A DNA stretch of 63,214 nt, the filler included, from Reticulomyxa filosa (lineage: Eukaryota > Protista > Foraminifera), in the NCBI GenBank assembly GCA_000512085.1. It is 25 parts of 25 records of this genome, joined end to end, with 100 filler letters (N's around TTAATTAATTAA, not from the genome) between each part and the next. Parts side by side here need not be neighbours in the genome. Positions count along the whole stretch, not along the records: positions 55,197 to 57,631 come from ASPP01044438.1; positions 57,732 to 59,210 come from ASPP01012312.1; positions 59,311 to 63,214 come from ASPP01009624.1; 22 more parts are not named here. One strand, 5' to 3'. Position numbers and translations under genes: made by a program. Below the pieces are notes generated by a model. That model ran no database searches. It had not been told where the DNA came from and saw only the letters and a program-made list of their open reading frames with translations. Below, piece after piece: positions 56,705 through 63,214 of this stretch. The first letter of the stretch is position 1; each line of letters begins with the position of its first letter.

Positions 56705-57197
56705 TTCTGTTTGTCTTGTAAAATGGGACGTATAAGAATTATAATAAGGGGCTACAATTTGCTCTGTTGACAAAAAGAAGGATCGAGTAGACAACCGATT
56801 TTTCAATGAAAGACTAACGTTGTTAAAAATTTTTTAAAATACTGGTACGGTAGATATAAGGGACAATCCACAAGCTCAAAGAGTTGGCCAACTACAATCG
56901 AATTTGACTCTTCATGATGCCAAAGAAACAAGTTGTTTCTGGCACAAAATAAGAAATATCACTTAAAACAAACAAAAGGATACAGTACGAGGAAGAATTA
57001 GTATCCAAGTACATGAGGAATTTTATTCATTTACTTTTTCTTTCTTTTCAAGACGACTTGTATTGTTGAAAGAAAAAGCGAATTGAATTTTCGTTGTCGA
57101 ACAGTCACTCCTTTTTAAAACTCTTAACGGAACTTTAAGAAGAGACTGTCCAAGTTCATTTATCTTAGTTACTTTTTTGGTGTCAATTTACGGCAAA

Positions 57198-57631
57198 ATG
57201 GTTCGTTGTTTTTCTTTTTTTTCTTTTTTTTTTTCAACTGGCTTAAAAGAGAGAATATTGGTGTGAGCAAAAAAACTGGAGCCAATTTTTTATTTAAAAA
57301 CAACAAAAATACAAGGCCAAAAATTTTGTGATTGAGCCTTATGGCACTGAACGAATAATTTTCAAACCGAGTGGCTTAGACAAAGATGGAGAAATGTCGG
57401 AACATGCGAAAAAGCTAAGTTGGAAACAGTTGTTGCAGACAATCAAGGACCAATTGAGATTGGACGACATATCGACATTCCTTTTGGTAAGGAAGGACAA
57501 TCCAGACGATCAAATAGATGACGATGGCGATCTAATGGATATTTGGAACGAGCTCAAAAATGGAGAGACAGTATTAAAAATGGTTAAATTTATTTTTTTT
57601 TAAACATAGGATAGCAAAAAAAAAAAAAAAA
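57198..57631 (+). CDS. Divergently oriented paralogue with the same PB1-like N-terminal domain, truncated
   Basis: ATG|intron|AKNFVIEPYGTERIIFKPSGLDKDGEM...WKQLLQTIKDQLRL...FLLVRKDNPDDQIDDDGDLMDIWNEL aligns to the minus-strand exon at 56338-56628. Confidence 0.75.
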
Positions 57632-57731
57632 NNNNNNNNNNNNNNNNNNNNNNNNNNNNNNNNNNNNNNNNNNNNTTAATTAATTAANNNNNNNNNNNNN
57701 NNNNNNNNNNNNNNNNNNNNNNNNNNNNNNN

Positions 57732-58727
57732 TCCTAGGACTGCTCCTCTTCCTGGAGCTGCTCCTCTTCCTGGAACTGCTCCTCTTCCTGGAACTGCTCC
57801 TCTTCCTGGAATTCCTGTTATTTCTAGGACTGCTCCTGTTCCTCTTCCTGAGATTGCTCCTATTCCTCTTCCTATGGTTGGACACCCTCCGCTTGTCCTT
57901 TGTAATGCGCCTCCTCTTCCCGGACAATATCCACTGCCTACCCCTCCACAACAGCCATATATGCAGTATCCACCATATATACAATATCATCCATATGCAC
58001 AGCCATATGCACAATATCAGCCATATGCACAATATCAACCATATGCACAATATCCACCTTATCCACCTTATCCACCTCATCCACAACATCGACCTCAACC
58101 TGTGCCATATGTACCACCTACGACGGAGACAAAGACGGAGACAAAGACGGAGGAGGAAAAGACGACGCCTTTTGACCATATCTTATGTTGGTGTTGTGGA
58201 GTCACATGGAAAAACACTGCCTCTGGTTTTTGTGGCAATGACCATTGTCGCACGCTTATCCGTAGTGATCTCATTAAGTTTTTGGACGAATGCAGTACCA
58301 AAACAATTGGACGTGTCAATGGCGTACCCGAAATCAGAGCATGCCCAAGTTTATTTATTTTCTCTCTCTCTCTCTCTTTTTGTATACACACAATCCACAT
58401 TTGATCCGAAACAAAGATGGAGGGAGGGGGGGGGGGGATCATTCAAATTCAAACTATTAAAATTACAACTCTCTTACCAATGTGTTGTGTACATCTCATC
58501 TCTTAGCTTGTGGGCATTTGGTCAACCACACCGAGGCTTGTAAACATATGGATTGTCGCTGTTCAACTTCTTTCTGCTTTGTCTGTATGAAAGTTAAACC
58601 GAAAAGTGGAAATTGGCTTTGTGGCAACTCGTCAGACATTTGTCCCATCTACAAGAGACAGACGGACAAAGATTTGCCTCTTGGAAACAGGTCCATGGCC
58701 AGCTTGTTCGATCTCAATAAAAAATAA
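57732..58727 (+). CDS. RBR/IBR-type E3 ligase C-terminal part with Pro-rich repeats
   Basis: (GTAPLP)n and (YAQYQP)n repeats; CWCCGVTW...CGNDHC; RACP|.CGHLVNHTEACKHMDCRCSTSFCFVC (RING2-like). Confidence 0.8.
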
Positions 58728-59310
58728 CTTTGCAAGTCAGATTTTTGTGTGTTACTTTCATCAACATTATTGCTGTATTTCAAAAGGTCATATTTTGTCA
58801 TGTCAACACTTTTCAGTTTGAGAATGAAACTAAAGAGCTCCTTACGCTTTTAAACACTCTTTTTTTTTTTTTTTTTTTTTGTTGGCCCACCAATGTAACC
58901 TGCTTTTCCTCAAACAATTTAACAAGGAGCTGGCAATTCTGCTATTACGAGCACAACATAACGTACATTTTTGTAATAACGTATACAATTCCGGACATAT
59001 TTTAAACTAAAATCTGCACGTCAGTTTATTCTGAAGAAATTGAAAAACCTGTATTGGACATTATGGTGTCAATAAAAAAGAAAACGGTTCCTCTATCTTT
59101 ATTTCCTAAAATGCAATTAGTCCATTACTTTTACTTTCGTTTTAAATTGCAATTTTATTTGAAATAGCGTGTACTTTACTTATAAGAATAAAATTTATTA
59201 TTTGCCAGATNNNNNNNNNNNNNNNNNNNNNNNNNNNNNNNNNNNNNNNNNNNNTTAATTAATTAANNNNNNNNNNNNNNNNNNNNNNNNNNNNNNNNNN
59301 NNNNNNNNNN

Positions 59311-60746
59311 AATTTCAAAAAGCCTTGTATCATACAATATCACATCACATTCTTGTATCGATCTCAATCTACCATTAGCAAAGCAGCCCAGTGATCCTGT
59401 GATGATTGTTGTTTCAGTTCAACGCTGACTTTTTTCTTCTCTAAAAAAAAAAGAGAAAAGAGGGGAGAGGCAAATTTAAAAAAAAAAAAAAAGAGTGAAA
59501 TAAAAAAAAAAAATTGTGTCCTCCAAAAAAACAACAACAATAAAAAAAAGACATTGAAAAATTCAGAATTGTCTCATTTCACAATTCCATGTCGGATTGA
59601 CAACAGTGTGAAACATGTGTTGGACTATCTAAAGTTTAAAAAGAAAGACCCAATCCTTACAAATTTGCGAATGAGGTATGTTTTGACTAAAACGGATTGA
59701 AGAGAGGAAAAAAAAAAAAAAAAAAAACGGGGTAAACACACTATTTCAAAATTTCTTTGATTGGTTGTTTATTTGCAAAAAAAAAAAAAGAATTGTCATT
59801 TGAAGAAGATAGTAAAAACCCTTTACCAGAAGATATGAATATTTGCAATTTGGTATCAAGGAAGACATACTTGTATTTTGAAGATGACACCAATTATGAA
59901 GCTGTTGTCAACACTCTAGAAGTTTTGTTTTTTTTTTTTAAACAACAACCTCAATTTTTTTTTATTTTTTTTTTTCCACTTTGACTACTCTGTCCCCTTT
60001 TTTTTTTAAAAAAAAAAAAAAAGAATCCAGTACAAAATAAGTGGAAGTGATGTGCTGATGTACGAGTGCAAGAAAAACCTTCTACAATACAAGCGAGAAA
60101 ATGTACACTTGGATCAGTTGATCAGTGATTGCAGACCATACAAGTTGTATGAGGCCATGCTAAGATCGAAGACAAAGAATGAGACTGGGCAATACTGCGA
60201 TGGCAATAACAATAACAAATCAGTGTCATCTTCATTGGCGGCGTTTTCTTGCATGAGCGACTTGAAGATTTTGTTGGATTCATTTCCAAGTTGCTATCTG
60301 ACAAGGGTGTGTCCAATGCGAATGGATTTGAAACATAGACCGCAAGGGGAAGTGCTGTGCACGTACGTATGGAATGATTGGAAACATTCGTCCCCTTCTG
60401 CAAGTTACGAATACGAGCTCTATAACAACAACAATGGTGGCAGTAGTGTACGTAAAGAATGGAAGACGGGCAATGGCACAAGTGAAAGATTGCTTGATTT
60501 CCTTCAAATCGCATTGAGTGGATATCGCACATATAAACTATCCGAGGCGAAGCAATGGTCGCCTTGCTCGAGCTTGACATTAACTGTGGAATTGCCAAAG
60601 GCCGCCTTTGGCATTTGTATTGATCTAGATTTGATGTATTACTTTTATAAAGATGCAAACAAGTTTACCTCGCCAAAGTTGTATCGTCTCGATGCTCCCC
60701 GCCATTACCGTCGGCGCAATCACGGTCATGATCGTATCTCTCATTC

Positions 60747-60785
<39 letters not shown>

Positions 60786-61261
60786 TAACAACAATAACAA
60801 CAACAATGACAACAATAGCAATGGCAATAACAAGTGGACAGTCACAAAAACGCATACTGATAGTTGCGATTGCATGTGCGAATCAACGAACGGCAATGAA
60901 CAAAAGGAAGAAGAAGAGAAACAAGAGAAAGAAGAAAAATGTATAGATGCAGTTGATCATCGCATGTTTGCCACCGATCGTTTGGTTTCTTCCAAATTCA
61001 CACTGATTTCATGCCCGACGGCCAAGTCCAGCGAAAATCACAACGACCCCACATTTGCCACCATTTTGCAATCCATCGCCGAGGATTCCAAGCACTCGGT
61101 CAACTTTGCAATGCATTTTTTGACACATCGCTCTCATCCCTTCTTCGAAATTTCGCTATCCTCCAGACCAACCGATAACGACATGAATGGTTAAATTGTG
61201 TGCAATGATTGGATTGAATTGAATTGGATTGTTTCTAAACAAAACACTTCTTTTGCAATAC

Positions 61262-61301
<40 letters not shown>

Positions 61302-62076
61302 TAACAACACTTGTTCTTAAACGATTGGTAGACGAAACAAATGCTCAAAATCAATGTGCCATTTGCTTGGAGGAAATTTGCAACAGTAGCTATTGCAGAC
61401 TGTCCCATTGTCGACACTTGTACCATTCGCAATGTATCAAAGAACACTTGAAGTTCTCCGGCGATAACCGGTGTCCTTTGTGTCGAGCTTCGTTCACGCT
61501 TCTCCAATCCCGTTCGATTCACGAGACAAGCAAAGACATTGTGCTGGAAGCCGTCGAAACTCGCACACTTGTCAATCGCAATGACGACACGTATAGCGAC
61601 AGCAACGACGATTGGTCGACGGACCGCGAGATTGAGGAAGAGCTTGATGACCTCTTACCGGACGGCACAGACCAACACCATGGAGCCGAACGCATCGTAG
61701 AGTGTGCGCAATGCCTCCAAACTATCGAAACCAGGTCTGCTTCGCTGCTCAATCGTCACGGAGTTGAGAGAAATGGGTTCATTGATTGCACTTTGTGTGA
61801 TACCTTTTATCATATGACATGTGTCAGTCCAGATCTATTTGTCCAATGTCCAGAGTGTTTCATGTTTAAGTGCAATCTTTATATTTGTACATATATGTTT
61901 ATATATGCGATATGTTTTTTTTTTTTTTTATGTGATTAAAGTTAAAATACTTGTTTTGTTGTGGTGTGACAATTATGATTAACTTTGCTCACAGAACTGT
62001 ACACAGATTATGTGTCCAAAGTGGAGACAGATGGTCACTTGTAGACGGGGCTTGGGTCCACACACACAATGAATGA
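59311..62076 (+). CDS. RING-H2 plus PHD-like zinc-finger protein with a poly-Asn tract, 3' part
   Basis: CAICLEE...CRHLYHSQC...CPLCR; CAQC...CTLCDTFYHMTC...CPEC; 380-codon upstream ORF with an (AAT/AAC)n tract. Confidence 0.75.
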
Positions 62077-62889
62077 AAACAGCTGAGACGGAATTGTCAC
62101 GTCTTAGTTATTGTTTCTTTTATTATTATTTTTTTTTTATTTTTTTTTGAACGTGCACAGTTTTTCTTCAGGTTAAAATGTTATTTGGACCTTTGTTTTT
62201 GGTTCGGCTCTTTTTTACATTTTAAGAAAATGGAAAAGAGATGTTGTGACATTGTTTTTCGCTTTTCCACAAATATATTAAAAAAAAAAAAAAAAAAATT
62301 TGAAAGTATTGTTTTGTTGTTGTCTTTATGTGATTGTTCTTTTATCTTCGCCGCTCTATCTCAACTTGAACTTTTTTTAATTCTATCCAACTCTTTCACG
62401 TATACTTATTTCCCAGCTTCTACTACAGGTATAATAACTATTCTCTGGTAACAATATTCTCTTTTGTTTGTACTCATTTATTTCACTAGGCCTAACAATA
62501 ATTTTCAACATTTTTTAGTAGATAGGCCATATTTTTCAAAATCGGTGTCCCTCTGAAAATATTAAATAATAACTTTTTTTAAAAATATTGGAGCCAGTAT
62601 GTGCTTATTTGATTTAAGTATTGATGAACAAGATGTACTGGTAAGGATCTAATTAGACAGCAATGATGAAAATTGCGAGCAGATAATACATTAGCACAAT
62701 TGCAAGGTTTGTGGTTCTTTAAATTTTTAACAAATATATGTATCTAATTGCGAATGATTGACCCATCTGGTTAGACATTTTACCTTTTTGTTGCCTCAAA
62801 AAATTTAAAAACAAAAAACCGCCTTGGTTGTAACTAAAAAAATTTCTCGTTTTTCTGACTGTAGCTTTTTGATCCATTTTCTGAAAAAC

Positions 62890-63174
62890 ATGCTCAATCA
62901 ATTATTTGTCATTATATCCCTTTTTTCTGTCTTTGTCGAGTCTGCAGATTTTCAGTTTCAAGTATGTAATAAAGGAGCGTACTTGACCAATTGTGCAATG
63001 TGGTTTGGAACAACGAAAGTAACTTGGGGTAAGTTTGCAGCGAACACATGTCAAAACCGCGGTGTCCCAGCGTACTCATCTAAACCTCGTCTTCAGTGTT
63101 GGGTTGCTTTTGGTAAGACGTGCACGTTCATTGTGCCCACGTACCCTGAAAAATTCTCCCACGTGCAAACACAC

Positions 63175-63180
<6 letters not shown>
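62890..63180 (+). CDS. Small secreted Cys-containing beta-rich protein (3' end may be spliced)
   Basis: Signal peptide MLNQLFVIISLFSVFVESA followed by DFQFQVCNKGAYLTNCAMWF...VPAYSSKPRLQCWVAFGKT. Confidence 0.6.

Positions 63181-63214
<34 letters not shown>

Noticed and set aside
57676-58543. Arg/Trp-rich and His-rich ORFs
   Set aside because: These are alternative-frame and antisense readings of the Pro/Tyr/Gln repeats of the RBR gene.
63178-63214. Terminal poly-A as an mRNA tail or retrogene
   Set aside because: Long A/T runs are common in introns here and frequently end contigs, so this is more likely an intron tract at an assembly break.

Overview
This window is not one continuous locus. 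It is about 25 short, unrelated contigs joined by an artificial 100-nt spacer (N44-TTAATTAATTAA-N44), so no synteny can be read across spacers. Most contigs are AT-rich, intron-rich eukaryotic DNA. A one-residue (Ala) insertion at a polyubiquitin monomer junction points to Rhizaria, and the expanded, often decayed WD40, Kelch and NACHT-HEAT families fit a foraminiferan such as Reticulomyxa (inference). Recognisable genes: PX-domain AGC kinase, syntaxin-17-like SNARE, P5A-ATPase, RNF213-like giant protein, RGS protein, NELF-C/D-like protein, MRH-domain protein, two CAP-Gly proteins (one fused to an RPEL-like motif), RING and RBR ligases, Rab escort/GDI protein, mL59-like protein, arylsulfatase, GT34 glycosyltransferase, EF-hand protein, membrane H+-pyrophosphatase (with an apparent 6-nt microexon) and a head-to-head pair of paralogues with a PB1-like domain, one probably fused to a P-loop GTPase. 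There are many pseudogenes and a decayed non-LTR retrotransposon. One contig (29587-33545) is bacterial, probably from an intracellular alphaproteobacterium (DsbD/ScsB plus an orphan multi-TM protein). All assignments come from motif recognition by eye; no database searches were run.
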